DNA of 64,000 nt from SAR86 cluster bacterium AG-390-O18 (GCA_003279605.1 QCHF01000002.1:213088-277087); one strand, 5' to 3'. Positions 20,352 to 32,847 are shown, numbered from the stretch's first letter. Program-made: numbers and translations. The notes: a model not told the origin generated them from the sequence alone.

Positions 20352-21212
20352 TTATAATGCTGCAGCTCCACCGACAATTTCAGAAAGTTCCTGAGTAATT
20401 GCCGCCTGTCTGGCATTGTTGTAAATAAGTTGTAACTCGTCGATGAGGGTGCCGGCATTTTCAGTCGCATTCTTCATCGCAATCATTTTTGCCGCTTGTT
20501 CGCAGGCGATATTTTCAATCACCGCTTGATAAACCAAAGATTCAATATAACGCTGCATTAAACCGTCTAATAATTCTTTTGCATCTGGCTCATAGATGTA
20601 GTCCCATCTGTGTTTCAGTTCAGGGGTGTCTTCGGCTAAAAGCGGCAGAAGTTGCTTTATTTCTGGCTGTTGAGTCATCGTGTTTTCAAACCTATTGCTA
20701 GCTAAATAAACCTTATCAATGTCTCCTGCTTCAAATTTTTCCAGAAGGATTTTTATCGAGCCAATCAAATCCTCTAAAGCTGGAACATCTCCGAGCTTTT
20801 CAGCAGCCGCAACAACGTTACCGCCGTAAGAATTAAAGAATACCTTTGCCTTGGTGCCGACCGAACAAAACTGTTGGCCAATGCCTTGATCGGCTTGTTC
20901 TTTTAAAAAGCCAACCAGACTTCTAAACAAGTTTATGTTTAGACCTCCACACAAACCTTTATCAGAACTTACAACAATAATACCAATGTTCTTGGTGTCT
21001 CTTTCAGTCATGTATAGTGGCTTGTATTCTGGATTTGAATTAGCCAAGTGACCTATAACTGAGAGCATGCGATCCGCATAAGGCCTGCCCATTTCCATTC
21101 TATCTTGGGTTTTGCGCATTTTACTTGAAGCGACCATTTCCATAGCGCTGGTAATTTTCTGCGTATTCGAAATACTGGAAATTTGTTTTCTTATTTCTTT
21201 TGTATTTGCCAT
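20352..21212 (-). CDS. atpG: ATP synthase gamma
   Basis: [26 protein letters not shown]. Confidence 0.98.
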   Translation of the reverse strand: MANTKEIRKQISSISNTQKITSAMEMVASSKMRKTQDRMEMGRPYADRMLSVIGHLANSNPEYKPLYMTERDTKNIGIIVVSSDKGLCGGLNINLFRSLVGFLKEQADQGIGQQFCSVGTKAKVFFNSYGGNVVAAAEKLGDVPALEDLIGSIKILLEKFEAGDIDKVYLASNRFENTMTQQPEIKQLLPLLAEDTPELKHRWDYIYEPDAKELLDGLMQRYIESLVYQAVIENIACEQAAKMIAMKNATENAGTLIDELQLIYNNARQAAITQELSEIVGGAAAL

Positions 21213-21213
21213 G

Positions 21214-22758
21214 CTACCAAGTTTGTGATGATTTAAATTTTTCTAGAGCTTCTTTGAAACTAGCAAGCACTTCATCTGAATATTCGCCAGTTTCGTCTAA
21301 GTTAGCCATTAAGTCTTTGTATTCTGATGCCATAAAAGAGAGAAGAGCGGACTCAAAATCAGCAACTTTATTAAGCTCTACGTCTTTCATAAAACCTTCG
21401 TTAACCGCAAAAAGCATTACAGACATTTCTCCAACTGACATTGGAGAATACTGTTTCTGTTTCATAACCTCGGTTACTTTCTGTCCTTGTTCAAGCTGTT
21501 CACGAGAAGCATCATCTAGATCCGATGCAAATTGTGCAAATGCTTCAAGCTCTCGAAATTGGGCCAATGCTATTCTTACTCCACCACCGAGCTTTCTGAT
21601 TGATGGCAATTGAGCTGCCCCACCTACCCTAGATACTGAAATCCCTGGATCCATAGCAGGTAAAATGCCTTTATTAAAATATGCAGTATCCAAGAAAATT
21701 TGGCCGTCTGTAATTGAAATAACATTTGTTGGCACAAAAGCTGATACATCTCCTGCTTGAGTTTCGATAATTGGAAGTGCGGTTAAAGAGCCTGTTTTGC
21801 CCTTTACTTTGCCGCCGGTTTCTTGCTCAACATATTCTTCATTAACTCGTGAGGCTCTTTCAAGAAGTCTTGAGTGAAGATAGAAAATATCACCTGGGTA
21901 GGCCTCTCTTCCTGGCGGTCTTTTTAATAACAATGAAATCTGTCTATAGGCTACTGCTTGTTTAGATAGATCGTCGTAAATGATCAGAGCATCTTCGCCT
22001 TTGTCTCTGAAGTACTCTCCCATTGAACAGGCGGAATATGGCGCTAAAAATTGCATTGGTGCAGGATCTGCTGATGCTGCGGCAACAACAATGGTGTGGT
22101 CCATCGCTCCAAATTCTTCTAACTTTCTTACTGTTGCAGCAATTGATGATTGTTTTTGACCAACAGCTACATAGATACAGGTCATGTTCTTGCCCTTTTG
22201 GTTGATGATGGCATCGATAGCAATAGCTGTTTTTCCAGTTTGTCTGTCTCCAATGATTAACTCTCTTTGGCCTCGTCCAATTGGTACCATGCTATCAACC
22301 GCTTTAAGGCCAATTTGAACAGGCTGATCAACTGGCTTCCTGAACATTACCCCGGGGGCAACTTTCTCTACTGGGGAAGTTAACTTCGAACCAATATCGC
22401 CCTTGCCATCGATTGGATTTCCTAGTGCATCAACCACTCTGCCAACAAGTTCATCGCCTACAGGAACTTCTAGGATTCTCCCGGTACATTTTGCAGTATC
22501 ACCTTCAGAGAGTAATTTGTAATCTCCAAAAATTACCACTCCCACAGAATCACGCTCTAAGTTAAGAGCCATTCCAAAAACGCCGCTATGAAACTCAATT
22601 AATTCTCCATACATTGCTTCACTGAGCCCATGAACTCTAGCAATGCCGTCAGCAAGAAATACAATCGTACCTTCATTAGATTCCTCGGCTGAGACATCTA
22701 GTTTATTTATTCGATCTTTAATGATCTTGCTAATTTCTGATGGGTTTAAATCTTCCAT
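21214..22758 (-). CDS. atpA: ATP synthase alpha
   Basis: [18 protein letters not shown]. Confidence 0.99.
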   Translation of the reverse strand: MEDLNPSEISKIIKDRINKLDVSAEESNEGTIVFLADGIARVHGLSEAMYGELIEFHSGVFGMALNLERDSVGVVIFGDYKLLSEGDTAKCTGRILEVPVGDELVGRVVDALGNPIDGKGDIGSKLTSPVEKVAPGVMFRKPVDQPVQIGLKAVDSMVPIGRGQRELIIGDRQTGKTAIAIDAIINQKGKNMTCIYVAVGQKQSSIAATVRKLEEFGAMDHTIVVAAASADPAPMQFLAPYSACSMGEYFRDKGEDALIIYDDLSKQAVAYRQISLLLKRPPGREAYPGDIFYLHSRLLERASRVNEEYVEQETGGKVKGKTGSLTALPIIETQAGDVSAFVPTNVISITDGQIFLDTAYFNKGILPAMDPGISVSRVGGAAQLPSIRKLGGGVRIALAQFRELEAFAQFASDLDDASREQLEQGQKVTEVMKQKQYSPMSVGEMSVMLFAVNEGFMKDVELNKVADFESALLSFMASEYKDLMANLDETGEYSDEVLASFKEALEKFKSSQTW

Positions 22759-22768
22759 TTGTAACCTC

Positions 22769-23305
22769 TTATGTTCTAAGCTGAGTTTTCAGCTTTTCTA
22801 GTTTGTTTTTTATCGACAAGTCAATTACTTGGTCGTCGTAAGAAATTTTTAGTCCGCCAATAAGGTTTTTGTCTATTTCAGTAACAATGCTTACTTCGGC
22901 TTTCATTCTTTTCTTCAGAGCTGCTTCGATTTGCTTCAGTTGTTCTTTATCAATTCTGTAAGAAGAAGCAACGGTTATGTTTTTTAGATTTTTTTCCTTT
23001 GCGACTAGTTCCTTAAAGTTTTTGCTGATGTCAGTCAAAAGCCTCAATCTGTTTGCGCTTCCTGCGACAGAAAGAAAATTTACAAATTTATCTTGAACTT
23101 CGCCTCTAAATAAATCACAAAAAATATTTGTTTTTTCGCTTTGTGAAATGCTTGGAGTCTCAACTAGTTGAGATATCTTTTGATCTTCAAGGGCAAGCTC
23201 TATCAATGAAAAATCTGCTGTCCAGGCATCTAGAGCGTCATCAGCTATGGCAACTTCAAATGCTGCTTCGGCATACGGTCTAGATTGTGTTTTGATTTCT
23301 GACAT
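22769..23305 (-). CDS. atpH: ATP synthase delta
   Basis: [16 protein letters not shown]; operon position. Confidence 0.95.
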   Translation of the reverse strand: MSEIKTQSRPYAEAAFEVAIADDALDAWTADFSLIELALEDQKISQLVETPSISQSEKTNIFCDLFRGEVQDKFVNFLSVAGSANRLRLLTDISKNFKELVAKEKNLKNITVASSYRIDKEQLKQIEAALKKRMKAEVSIVTEIDKNLIGGLKISYDDQVIDLSIKNKLEKLKTQLRT

Positions 23306-23775
23306 TAAATCTTTTTGATCAGCGAGTCGATGATGTCTTTGTTAGCTTTGGCATTTATCTCTTTGTCTAAGATTTTTTGGGCGCCAGCAATAACGAGGGC
23401 AGCGACTTCATCCCTTAAGCCGTCTTTGGCCTTGTTAGCGCTTTGCTCAATATCTGCTTCTGCTGAGAGCTTGATTTTCTTTGCTTCTTCCACAGCCTGT
23501 TCTTTTGCCTCATCTACAATTTGATCTGCTCTGGAGTTTGCTTGGTTGATAAGGGAAGAAGCTTCTGATTTCGCTCCATCTAATATCGTTGCGGACTCTT
23601 TATTTGCTTCTTCGAGTTTTCTTTGTGATTGACTGGCAGCCTCAAGGCCATCAGATATTTCTTTTCTTCTGTCCTCGAGAAGGTTTTCCATGCTAGGCCA
23701 AATGTATCTATATGTAATGAACACAAAAATACAAAAAGCTAGAAGCTCGGCAAAAAAAGTTGCGTTTATATTCAT
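23305..23775 (-). CDS. atpF: ATP synthase subunit b
   Basis: MNINAT, YIWP, coiled coil. Confidence 0.95.
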   Translation of the reverse strand: MNINATFFAELLAFCIFVFITYRYIWPSMENLLEDRRKEISDGLEAASQSQRKLEEANKESATILDGAKSEASSLINQANSRADQIVDEAKEQAVEEAKKIKLSAEADIEQSANKAKDGLRDEVAALVIAGAQKILDKEINAKANKDIIDSLIKKI

Positions 23776-23779
23776 GTTT

Positions 23780-24007
23780 TTAAGTGAACAAGAATAGTAG
23801 TCCTACAGCCAAAGAAATAATTGGCAATGCATCCGTTAGCCCAAGAGCAATCAGCACCTGTGCAAACAATTGACCTTGAAGCTCGGGCTGTCTTGCCACA
23901 GCTTCAATATATTTTGAAGTTAGACTTCCAATACCTACCCCGGCCCCTAAGGCGCCAAGACCAGTAAGCAGTGCTCCTGCTATTAATCTACCTACTTCTA
24001 CTTCCAT
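23780..24007 (-). CDS. atpE: ATP synthase subunit c
   Basis: GxGxG, ARQPE loop, Asp in LTDALP. Confidence 0.95.
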   Translation of the reverse strand: MEVEVGRLIAGALLTGLGALGAGVGIGSLTSKYIEAVARQPELQGQLFAQVLIALGLTDALPIISLAVGLLFLFT

Positions 24008-24028
24008 ATTAGTCTCCTAATTTTTGAG

Positions 24029-24928
<900 letters not shown>

Positions 24929-24981
24929 TTATAGTGATTACCCCGACCAATTCTCAAGGCTTAGATGCAATTTATTTGCCA

Positions 24982-25902
24982 TTATTCCTTTTTAAAAGGC
25001 TTTATGATTTGTTCAAGCTGATCAAGGTCTTTGTAAGAAAAGGAAATTTTTCCGCTGCCATTCTTTTTGTGAGAAATTATTACTTGAGAATTAACCGCGT
25101 CGCTAAGAGAGTTCTCTAACGCCACAATGTTTGGGTCTTTCGCAGAGCTTCGGGCTCTGCCTGTTTTTTTGTTTAGGTATGAGCTTGCTAACTTTTCGGC
25201 TTGCCTGACAGAAAGGCCGGAAGAAATTATTTTTTTTCCTATTTGTTCTTGATATGCCGGGGGTAGAGGCAATAAAGCTCTGGCGTGCCCCATGGTTAGT
25301 CTGCCATCAAAAAGCATTTTTTGAATTGGCTTTGAAAGCTGTAAAAGCCTTAATGAGTTTGCAATAGCAGATCTTGATTTTCCTAATGCCTCTCCCAGGG
25401 CTTGCTGGGTGTGTCCAAATTCTTTTTGAAGCCTTAGAATACCTTCCGCCTCTTCAAGCGGGTTCAAGTCTTCCCTTTGCAAGTTCTCTATCAAGCCCAC
25501 AGTCAAAGCCGATTCTTCAGAGTCTTCTCTTATTAAGATGGGAACAGAATTCAAGCCGGCTAGTTTTGACGCTCTAAGCCTTCTTTCACCTGCAACTAAT
25601 TCATAGCCCTTAGCAAGCTTTCTAACGATTAAAGGCTGGATTACGCCTTGAGCTTTTATTGAGTCGGATAGTTCTTTAATGCTTTCTGGGGGGATGTTTT
25701 TTCTTGCTTGAAACCTGCTTGGCTTAATGCTGTTTATTTCGGCTTGAGTAATGCCAAGACTTGGCCTGTTGGTTGGCTCTATTTTTTTGGTGGACAAAGG
25801 TTCTTCAGAACCAACAAAGGCTCCCATGCCCCTGTTCTTTTTCTTATCTTGCTCTGGCGACAAAAAAGCCGACAACCCTCTTTTCTTTTTTTCAGGCGAC
25901 AT
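24982..25902 (-). CDS. parB: Chromosome partitioning protein ParB
   Basis: GVIQP, AGERRLRA, ENLQREDLNP, HTH, GHARALL. Confidence 0.95.
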   Translation of the reverse strand: MSPEKKKRGLSAFLSPEQDKKKNRGMGAFVGSEEPLSTKKIEPTNRPSLGITQAEINSIKPSRFQARKNIPPESIKELSDSIKAQGVIQPLIVRKLAKGYELVAGERRLRASKLAGLNSVPILIREDSEESALTVGLIENLQREDLNPLEEAEGILRLQKEFGHTQQALGEALGKSRSAIANSLRLLQLSKPIQKMLFDGRLTMGHARALLPLPPAYQEQIGKKIISSGLSVRQAEKLASSYLNKKTGRARSSAKDPNIVALENSLSDAVNSQVIISHKKNGSGKISFSYKDLDQLEQIIKPFKKE

Positions 25903-26668
25903 TTTTATCCTCAAACTTCATTATTACTTCGCCTGCGAGCGCAAAGTAAGCCAAAGTTCCTTTCGCATCTGGGTCAATGTACATAATTGGTTTTCCCTCC
26001 GAAGGCGCCTCTGCAAGCAAGTCGCATCTAGGGATAATAGTGCTGAACACCTGCTGAGAAAGAGACTGTTCCAGCTTTTCAGATATCTCTCTAGCCCTTT
26101 CTTTTTCTTGATCAAACATGGTTCTCAAGATTCCATCAATCTTTAGGTTGCTGCTCGTTGCTTCATTTATCTCAATTATCGTCCTCTGCATTGCGGCCAA
26201 GCCTTCAATTGAAAAGTGCTCACATTGCAGCGGGATAATTATTTTGTCTGCTGCTCTTAAGGCGCTTACAGACAGCATGCCAAGTGATGGCGGGCTATCT
26301 ATTAAACAATAGTCATATTTGTGTGCCAACAGGTTTAGTTTTCCTTTTAAAATAGAAGTTGGGTCGGGAACTCTTGCCATTTCTAACTCCGCCGATATCA
26401 AGTCTGGGCTGCCTGGAATTACATCGAAGTTAAAATCGGGTTTTCTCTGAATTAAACTTTCTAATGATGCGTCGTCAAGCAATACATCGGTGATGGTAGT
26501 TTCTTCATATGCCTTCTTTCCACCAAGCCCGGTTGTTAAATTTGCTTGTGAATCTATATCTAATAAAAGAATTTTTCTTCCTGTAGCTGCTAGGCTTGCG
26601 GCTAGATTTAAAGTTGTAGTGGTTTTGCCTACGCCCCCTTTTTGGTTTGCTACAACAAGAATCTTCAC
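25892..26668 (-). CDS. parA: Chromosome partitioning ATPase ParA
   Basis: NQKGGVGKTTT, D.PPSLG, EAPS.G. Confidence 0.95.
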   Translation of the reverse strand: MKILVVANQKGGVGKTTTTLNLAASLAATGRKILLLDIDSQANLTTGLGGKKAYEETTITDVLLDDASLESLIQRKPDFNFDVIPGSPDLISAELEMARVPDPTSILKGKLNLLAHKYDYCLIDSPPSLGMLSVSALRAADKIIIPLQCEHFSIEGLAAMQRTIIEINEATSSNLKIDGILRTMFDQEKERAREISEKLEQSLSQQVFSTIIPRCDLLAEAPSEGKPIMYIDPDAKGTLAYFALAGEVIMKFEDKNVA

Positions 26669-26686
26669 AAGGCTACTATAGCAGTT

Positions 26687-27283
26687 TTAGGACATCTGAA
26701 TTTCCAAGAAGCCTCTTTTTTTTTCCAGGATTTCAGACGCTTCTGATTCTGTGTATTTAATTTCAAAGCCGGGCACAGATAGGGTTTCTTTTTCTGAAAC
26801 CATTAAAATTATTTTGTTCTTCTGTGAAATTTTATTTTCCAGGCTTCTTAATAAATCAACCGGTTCTTTGAATGCCCTGCAAACGATGTTTATTTCGTTC
26901 ACTTGATTTATATGCTCTACCCTTGCATTCTTGACTGATACTGAATTTAGCCCGAGCTCGTTTTTTACATGAATTAAAAAGGATGTTTTTTTTCTGTTTG
27001 AGTCTACTAAGGTTAACTCTCTATAAGGGTCTATTATCCCAAGACAAATTCCTGGAAAACCTGATCCGGTTCCCAAGTCAATAACCGATCCTGGCCTTAG
27101 GTGTTTCTCCAAAACGGCACAGTCTAAGAAGTGCTCTGCTAAATCTTTCTTTTTCAAATTTCTGGATACCAGGTTTCTAGTTTTGTTCCATTTCAAAACT
27201 TGATTTATGTATTTATCTGCCTTGCTGATTTGTGTTTCGGTTAAGTTTAGGCTTGATGCCGCTAACAACTCTTTAAGATCCAA
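26687..27283 (-). CDS. rsmG: 16S rRNA m7G527 methyltransferase
   Basis: WN...NL, DLGTGSGFPG, RAF. Confidence 0.93.
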   Translation of the reverse strand: MDLKELLAASSLNLTETQISKADKYINQVLKWNKTRNLVSRNLKKKDLAEHFLDCAVLEKHLRPGSVIDLGTGSGFPGICLGIIDPYRELTLVDSNRKKTSFLIHVKNELGLNSVSVKNARVEHINQVNEINIVCRAFKEPVDLLRSLENKISQKNKIILMVSEKETLSVPGFEIKYTESEASEILEKKRGFLEIQMS

Positions 27284-29126
27284 TTTTTTTTTCTAGCGAG
27301 CTTAGTTCTTTTTTGATGTGAACCAATAATAGGGATATTGCAGCAGGAGTTATTCCTGGAATTCTTTGTGCATGAGCTATGGTTTTAGGCAAAACCTTTT
27401 CCAATTTTTGCTTTACTTCGTTGGACAGCCCATTTATGTCTGAAAATATAATTTCTTTTGGAATTTTTGCATTTTCGTATTTCTTTATTTTTTTTATTTC
27501 TTTGTTTTGTCTTTCAATATAGCCGGCATATTTCTTTGTTGTCTCGATGTCTAAAAGCACTCCTTTTTCTGGCAGCGGTCTTTTTACTAGCTTGTAGATA
27601 TCTTCAAGTTTTGCTTCCGGCCTTTTCAAAACAGAAAGAACTGATTGTTTTGTTTTGTTTTTTCCTCCAAAAGAAGAAGGATCGATTTTTATTTTTTCGA
27701 GCGCTTGTGTTTCTGCGTCTATTTTAATCATCTTTTTTTGAAAAATGCCCCACCTTTTGTTACCTATAATTCCCAGGCTATGCGCATAAGGTGTCATTCT
27801 TTGATCGGCATTATCTTCTCTGAGAAGCAGCCTGTGCTCTGCTCTACTTGTGAACATCCTGTAAGGCTCTTTAGTTCCTAAGGTTATTAGATCGTCTATC
27901 AAAACCCCAATATAGCTATTAGCCCTAGACTCTACCCAGGGCTCTTTGCCGTCTAAACTCAGAGCAGCATTTATTCCGGCCACTAATCCCTGTGCAGCTG
28001 CCTCTTCATAGCCAGTGGTGCCGTTTATTTGTCCAGCAAAGTAAAGATTTTCGATGCTCTTTGTCTCAAGTGTTTGGGAAAGGTTTCTTGGATCAAAAAA
28101 ATCATACTCAACCGCATAGCCAAATTGAGTGATTTTAGCTTTTTCAAAACCTAATATGCTATTTACCATTTTTTTTTGAATGTCTTTAGGCATGCTTGTG
28201 GATATGCCGTTTGGATAAACCTCGTCGGATGTTAAGCCTTCAGGCTCTATGAATATCTGATGAGATTCTTTATCAGCAAATCTATGAATCTTGTCCTCTA
28301 TTGAAGGACAATATCTTGGTCCAACCCCATCTATTCTTCCAGAAAACATGGGAGATCTATCTAGCCCGGATCTTATAAAATCATGCGTCTTTGTGTTTGT
28401 TCGCGTGATAAAACAATTCATTTGTTTCGGGTGTATATCAGACGAACCAATAAAAGACATACACGGTCTTGGCGAATCTCCTGGTTGAATCTCAAGAGCT
28501 GAAAAATCTATTGAAGATGTAAGTATTCTAGGAGGAGTGCCTGTTTTCAATCTTGCATCCCCAAGGTCTAAGGACCTCAAGCAGTTTGCAAGTACCTTTG
28601 ATGATTTTGATTTTTTTCTTCCGCCTTCTACTTCATCTTCTCCAGTAAACAGTTTGCCGTTCAGAAAAGTACCCGCAGTTAAAATTATTTTCTTTGCACT
28701 AATAATTTCTCCGCTTTTAAGCTTTACTCCAGTAGCTTTGCCGTTTTGAATTTCTATATCGACCACTTCTTCGGATATAGATGTAAGTAAGCGCTTACTA
28801 TTAATTATAGACTTAACTGAATTACTATATAACTCTCTATCTGACTGAGATCTGGTGGCTCTGACAGCTGGTCCTTTAGAAGCATTTAAGACTTTGAAAT
28901 GAATACCCGCTCTATCTGCGCAAATCCCCATTAACCCGCCCATAGCGTCTATTTCCCTTACAAGATGACTTTTGCCTAAACCTCCAATTGCAGGATTACA
29001 CGACATCTGTCCTATTGCTGATATATCATGGGTGACGAGCAAAACTTTCTTTTTAAATCTAGAAGCAGCATAAGCAGCCTCGCACCCAGCATGTCCTCCT
29101 CCAATTACGATGATATCCACATTCAT
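27273..29126 (-). CDS. mnmG: tRNA uridine modification enzyme MnmG (GidA)
   Basis: GGGHAGCEAA, MSCNPAIGG, GPRYCPSIEDK, GQINGTTGYEEAAAQG. Confidence 0.98.
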   Translation of the reverse strand: MNVDIIVIGGGHAGCEAAYAASRFKKKVLLVTHDISAIGQMSCNPAIGGLGKSHLVREIDAMGGLMGICADRAGIHFKVLNASKGPAVRATRSQSDRELYSNSVKSIINSKRLLTSISEEVVDIEIQNGKATGVKLKSGEIISAKKIILTAGTFLNGKLFTGEDEVEGGRKKSKSSKVLANCLRSLDLGDARLKTGTPPRILTSSIDFSALEIQPGDSPRPCMSFIGSSDIHPKQMNCFITRTNTKTHDFIRSGLDRSPMFSGRIDGVGPRYCPSIEDKIHRFADKESHQIFIEPEGLTSDEVYPNGISTSMPKDIQKKMVNSILGFEKAKITQFGYAVEYDFFDPRNLSQTLETKSIENLYFAGQINGTTGYEEAAAQGLVAGINAALSLDGKEPWVESRANSYIGVLIDDLITLGTKEPYRMFTSRAEHRLLLREDNADQRMTPYAHSLGIIGNKRWGIFQKKMIKIDAETQALEKIKIDPSSFGGKNKTKQSVLSVLKRPEAKLEDIYKLVKRPLPEKGVLLDIETTKKYAGYIERQNKEIKKIKKYENAKIPKEIIFSDINGLSNEVKQKLEKVLPKTIAHAQRIPGITPAAISLLLVHIKKELSSLEKKIGS

Positions 29127-29362
29127 TAATAAATATTATATAAATTATTTATATATATTAGTTTATATTGTTGTTGTTATAGAGGGGCTTAAATTCTGTT
29201 GATAACCAAGCTATGCTCGATACTATAAGCAATAAAACAAATGACATCTAACTAAATAGGTTGTATATATTTTGAGTACAAACCTGTATTGCTTGTGTGC
29301 AAAAAAAAATTTTCAACACCTTCACAAAATTTTTAACAACTTATACATTCTTATCAACAACA
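29127..29362. other. oriC-like spacer
   Basis: Nearly pure A/T stretch 29127-29168, TTG triplet repeats, DnaA-box variants TGTTGATAA (29197-29205), TTATCAACA (29351-29359), TTTTCAACA (29310-29318); upstream of mnmG. Confidence 0.6.
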
Positions 29363-30664
29363 TTATTTTCCGATACAGAATTTATTAAATATTTTGCCTA
29401 GCATGTCATCTGAAGAAATTGGATCATATATCTCTCCCAAAAGCTCATCACAATTTCTAAGATTTTCAGCAACAAGCTCTAAGTTAGAGCTAATCAAGCC
29501 AGGAGAAATCAACGCGACATTCTTATAGGCCTGCTTCATCAAATCTAAATGCCTAATATTTACTGACAGGAGTTCTTCTTGATTAAGATTTAAAAAACTC
29601 TGAGAAAGAGCCTCCTTAAGAGGCTTAAGGTTTTTTTTGGTTTTAGCAGAAATAGCTAACCCTCCGTCAGGTGCTTTTTTATAACCAAGATCAATCTTAT
29701 TTAAAACAAAGATGTTTTTTTTTCTTTTAATTATAGGCATTTTGTTAAAATCTGATTCTTTCTCAGCTAAATAAATTACTATATCAGCACTTTTAAGGGC
29801 ATTTTTGGATAATTTGATGCCTTCTTCCTCGATTTTATTAGATGTTTTTCGAATACCAGCGGTATCTTTGAATACAAACCTAATCCCATTTATAAAACAG
29901 GAGGAAGTTACCACATCCCTTGTTGTTCCACGTTTTTCATTCACAATAGATACTTTATTGCCGATTATTGCGTTAATTAGAGTAGATTTACCAGAGTTTG
30001 GGGGGCCAATTACTACAACTTTAACATCGCTAGAAATTGAGTTATAAGCTTTCATGTCTTCATCAAAAGATTTAAAAAATCTCTTAAATTCTTCGATTTT
30101 ACCTTCAACCTCTTCAATAAAAACTTCTGCGTCTTCTTCTACAAAGTCTATTAATGTTTCTACAAATACCCTGGCTTCTCTGAGCTTATCTTGAACCTTT
30201 GATATTTTTACCTTTAGCCCGCCGTTAAGGCTGTTCTGTGCAGCTATGAGAGAAGCTTTTGAATTAGCATTTATAATATCAATTACAGCCTCTGATTGAT
30301 CAAGGGTTAATTTGTTGTTTAAGAAGGCTCTTAGAGTAAATTCTCCAGGCTTAGCTACTTTTGCGCCAAAATTCAGACACCTTTCGATTACTTTATTAAC
30401 AATAAGGGGGTTGCCATGAGTTGAAATCTCTACCAGATCTTCCCCCGTGTATGAATTAGGAGATCTGAAGATAGTAAGCACACACTTTTCATCTAAGCCC
30501 TTTTCTAAAGGAAATTTAAGAACAGATATCTTCTTTTTTACCTTGTTATTTGTAATTTTTTGAATTATCGAGATGGCTTTATCGCCTGAAAGCCTTATTA
30601 TAGAAATGGCGCCTCTTCCAGGAGGAGATGAACAAGCTACTATAGTCTCTTTTTCACTAAGCAC
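29363..30664 (-). CDS. mnmE: tRNA modification GTPase MnmE
   Basis: SYTGED.VE, GPPNSGKS, GTTRD, DTAGIR, FCIGK; probable GTG start 30664. Confidence 0.96.
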   Translation of the reverse strand: MLSEKETIVACSSPPGRGAISIIRLSGDKAISIIQKITNNKVKKKISVLKFPLEKGLDEKCVLTIFRSPNSYTGEDLVEISTHGNPLIVNKVIERCLNFGAKVAKPGEFTLRAFLNNKLTLDQSEAVIDIINANSKASLIAAQNSLNGGLKVKISKVQDKLREARVFVETLIDFVEEDAEVFIEEVEGKIEEFKRFFKSFDEDMKAYNSISSDVKVVVIGPPNSGKSTLINAIIGNKVSIVNEKRGTTRDVVTSSCFINGIRFVFKDTAGIRKTSNKIEEEGIKLSKNALKSADIVIYLAEKESDFNKMPIIKRKKNIFVLNKIDLGYKKAPDGGLAISAKTKKNLKPLKEALSQSFLNLNQEELLSVNIRHLDLMKQAYKNVALISPGLISSNLELVAENLRNCDELLGEIYDPISSDDMLGKIFNKFCIGK

Positions 30665-32297
30665 TTCTAGGGGAATGCATAAGCATTTGTATTGCAGACA
30701 CCAGAGAGTTAATAAGCCAATACAAAACAAGACCTGCGGGGAAGAAAGCAAACATTACACCAAAAATTAAGGGCATGAACTTAAATATCTTAGCTTGCAT
30801 TGGATCTATTCCAGCAGGTTGTGGTTGGAGCATTTGCATAGCCCACATAGCGCCAATATTGAGTATAGGTAGTATAAACAGGGGGTCTCTTGAAGATAAA
30901 TCTGTGATCCAAATTAAAAAAGGAGCATATCTTAGCTCAACGGTCTCAATTAAAACCCAATAAAAAGCAAGAAAAAAGGGCATTTGAAGCAACATTGGCA
31001 GACATCCAAGAGCCGGATTAACTTTTTCGTCCTTATATAGCTTCATCATCGCCTGTGACATAGCTTGACGGTCACCCGAGTGCCTTTCTTGTATATCTTT
31101 AAGTTGAGGCTGAATTTGTCTCATTTTGCCCATTGATTTGTATGAAACATAAGACAATGGCCATAAAATTATTTTAATTAGCAAAGTTACCAAAACTATA
31201 GCCCATCCCCAGTTTCCAACCATATCAAAGAAGAATTGCATTGCAAGAAACATTGGCTGCCCTATCCAATACAAAAACCCATAATCTACGGCCAAAGGGA
31301 GGTCTTGGTTAGCCTTGGATAACTCTGACTGAACTTTTGGCCCAAAATATAGTGCATAACTAAAAGAAGTCTCTTCATAGGGCTGGATTTTTATTGGCCT
31401 TCCAACAACTCCAACCGAAAACTTCTCATTTGTTTTGTTTTTTTTGCCTACGAATACATTGATATTTTCTTGATCAGGAATAATTGCTGTTAGAAAGTAG
31501 TGCTCTAAAAAAGCAGTCCAGCCTTTTATAGAATTTTCTTTAAAATCGCTCTCTTCTAATTCTCCAAGATTAACCTTTTGATAATTATCAGATTCTGTAG
31601 AAAATACTGGCCCAAGATATGCAAAGTTTGCAGGATCTCCGAAAAAAGCACCCTCAGTTCCAGGAGGTTTAAGAGAATTTCTTTCTATCTTTGAATAAGA
31701 AGAAGAATTTATAACTTCGGAAGATAAGTTTCTTGCGATATGTTCAACTCTTACAAAATAATTTTCTGGCTCAAAATATATAATCTTGAATTCTTCAATA
31801 GACGAAGACTCTCTTACAAATGTGTAGCTATTTTCACCTGAACTTCTTTTTATATCGTTAATCTTAAAAGAAGAAAAATCTTGGTTAGCATTATCTCCAA
31901 ATACAAATCCAGACAATTGTGAATATTCGTTTCTTCCACAAGCGTCAAACATTAATTTGTTCTTATTTGAGCCTATATCGTCAGGATAATTTTTTAATTC
32001 AGCTTTAACCAAAGAGCCGTCTCTAAGATCAATCGAAATTTTCCAATTATTTGAATCAATCTCGTAGTTGTCAGTTGAGCCACAAGAAGTTGATACAGAA
32101 TTTATAGAAATTTCTTCAGGCTCATTTTGAATACTCTCATCAATAAAACCAAAATCTTCTTTTTGTGAGTAAGTACTTACTTCTTGTTTAGACTCAGTAT
32201 TAATTGGAGAGTTTGAAGGAGGATCCCATCTTATTATGAGAAAATATCCCATAATTAGAACACAAGCTATAAGAAAGTATCTTTGAAAGTTTTCCAT
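30657..32297 (-). CDS. yidC: Membrane protein insertase
   Basis: VDYG, GNWG.AI, GCLP.L.QMP, GLVLYW. Confidence 0.96.
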   Translation of the reverse strand: MENFQRYFLIACVLIMGYFLIIRWDPPSNSPINTESKQEVSTYSQKEDFGFIDESIQNEPEEISINSVSTSCGSTDNYEIDSNNWKISIDLRDGSLVKAELKNYPDDIGSNKNKLMFDACGRNEYSQLSGFVFGDNANQDFSSFKINDIKRSSGENSYTFVRESSSIEEFKIIYFEPENYFVRVEHIARNLSSEVINSSSYSKIERNSLKPPGTEGAFFGDPANFAYLGPVFSTESDNYQKVNLGELEESDFKENSIKGWTAFLEHYFLTAIIPDQENINVFVGKKNKTNEKFSVGVVGRPIKIQPYEETSFSYALYFGPKVQSELSKANQDLPLAVDYGFLYWIGQPMFLAMQFFFDMVGNWGWAIVLVTLLIKIILWPLSYVSYKSMGKMRQIQPQLKDIQERHSGDRQAMSQAMMKLYKDEKVNPALGCLPMLLQMPFFLAFYWVLIETVELRYAPFLIWITDLSSRDPLFILPILNIGAMWAMQMLQPQPAGIDPMQAKIFKFMPLIFGVMFAFFPAGLVLYWLINSLVSAIQMLMHSPRSA

Positions 32298-32518
32298 TAT
32301 TCTTTTTTTTCTGGAACAGGATCATATCCTCTGGATCCTAAAGGGTGACATTTGGATATCCTTTTTAATCCCAAATTTAATCCTTTTGATATGCCGTGAC
32401 GATTAATTGCTTCTATCATATATTGACTGCAAGTAGGCTGAAATCGACAATTTGAACCTAATAAAGGGCTTAAAGTAATCTGATAAACTTTAATTAAAAA
32501 TATAATTATTTTCTTCAT
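32297..32518 (-). CDS. yidD: Membrane protein insertion efficiency factor
   Basis: [20 protein letters not shown]. Confidence 0.95.
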   Translation of the reverse strand: MKKIIIFLIKVYQITLSPLLGSNCRFQPTCSQYMIEAINRHGISKGLNLGLKRISKCHPLGSRGYDPVPEKKE

Positions 32519-32846
32519 TCAATTTCTTAGTTAAATTTAATAACAGGGTTTTTATTTCTCTCCTTAATTTATCTTTTTTAAAATCCAAAACCCTTTTCTT
32601 TGAAACTATAAGCAATGATACTTTAGTTTCTTCAAATACATCGATAGATAAATTTCTAATAGTTCTTTTTAAATAGTTTCTATGAACAGCAAGTTTAATA
32701 TTTTTTTTTGGAAGAATCATGCCCAACCTAAATTCATTACTATTTATTAAAATCAAAGCCTTAAAATGTTCCGAATTTATTCTTTTGATGGACTTGTTAA
32801 AGACTTCGTCAAAGTCATCCTTTCCTCTTAAAGGCTTATATGGCAA
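32490..32846 (-). CDS. rnpA: RNase P protein
   Basis: RLG...KK...AVHRNYLKR; position. Confidence 0.88.
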   Translation of the reverse strand: MPYKPLRGKDDFDEVFNKSIKRINSEHFKALILINSNEFRLGMILPKKNIKLAVHRNYLKRTIRNLSIDVFEETKVSLLIVSKKRVLDFKKDKLRREIKTLLLNLTKKLNEENNYIFN

Positions 32847-32847
32847 T

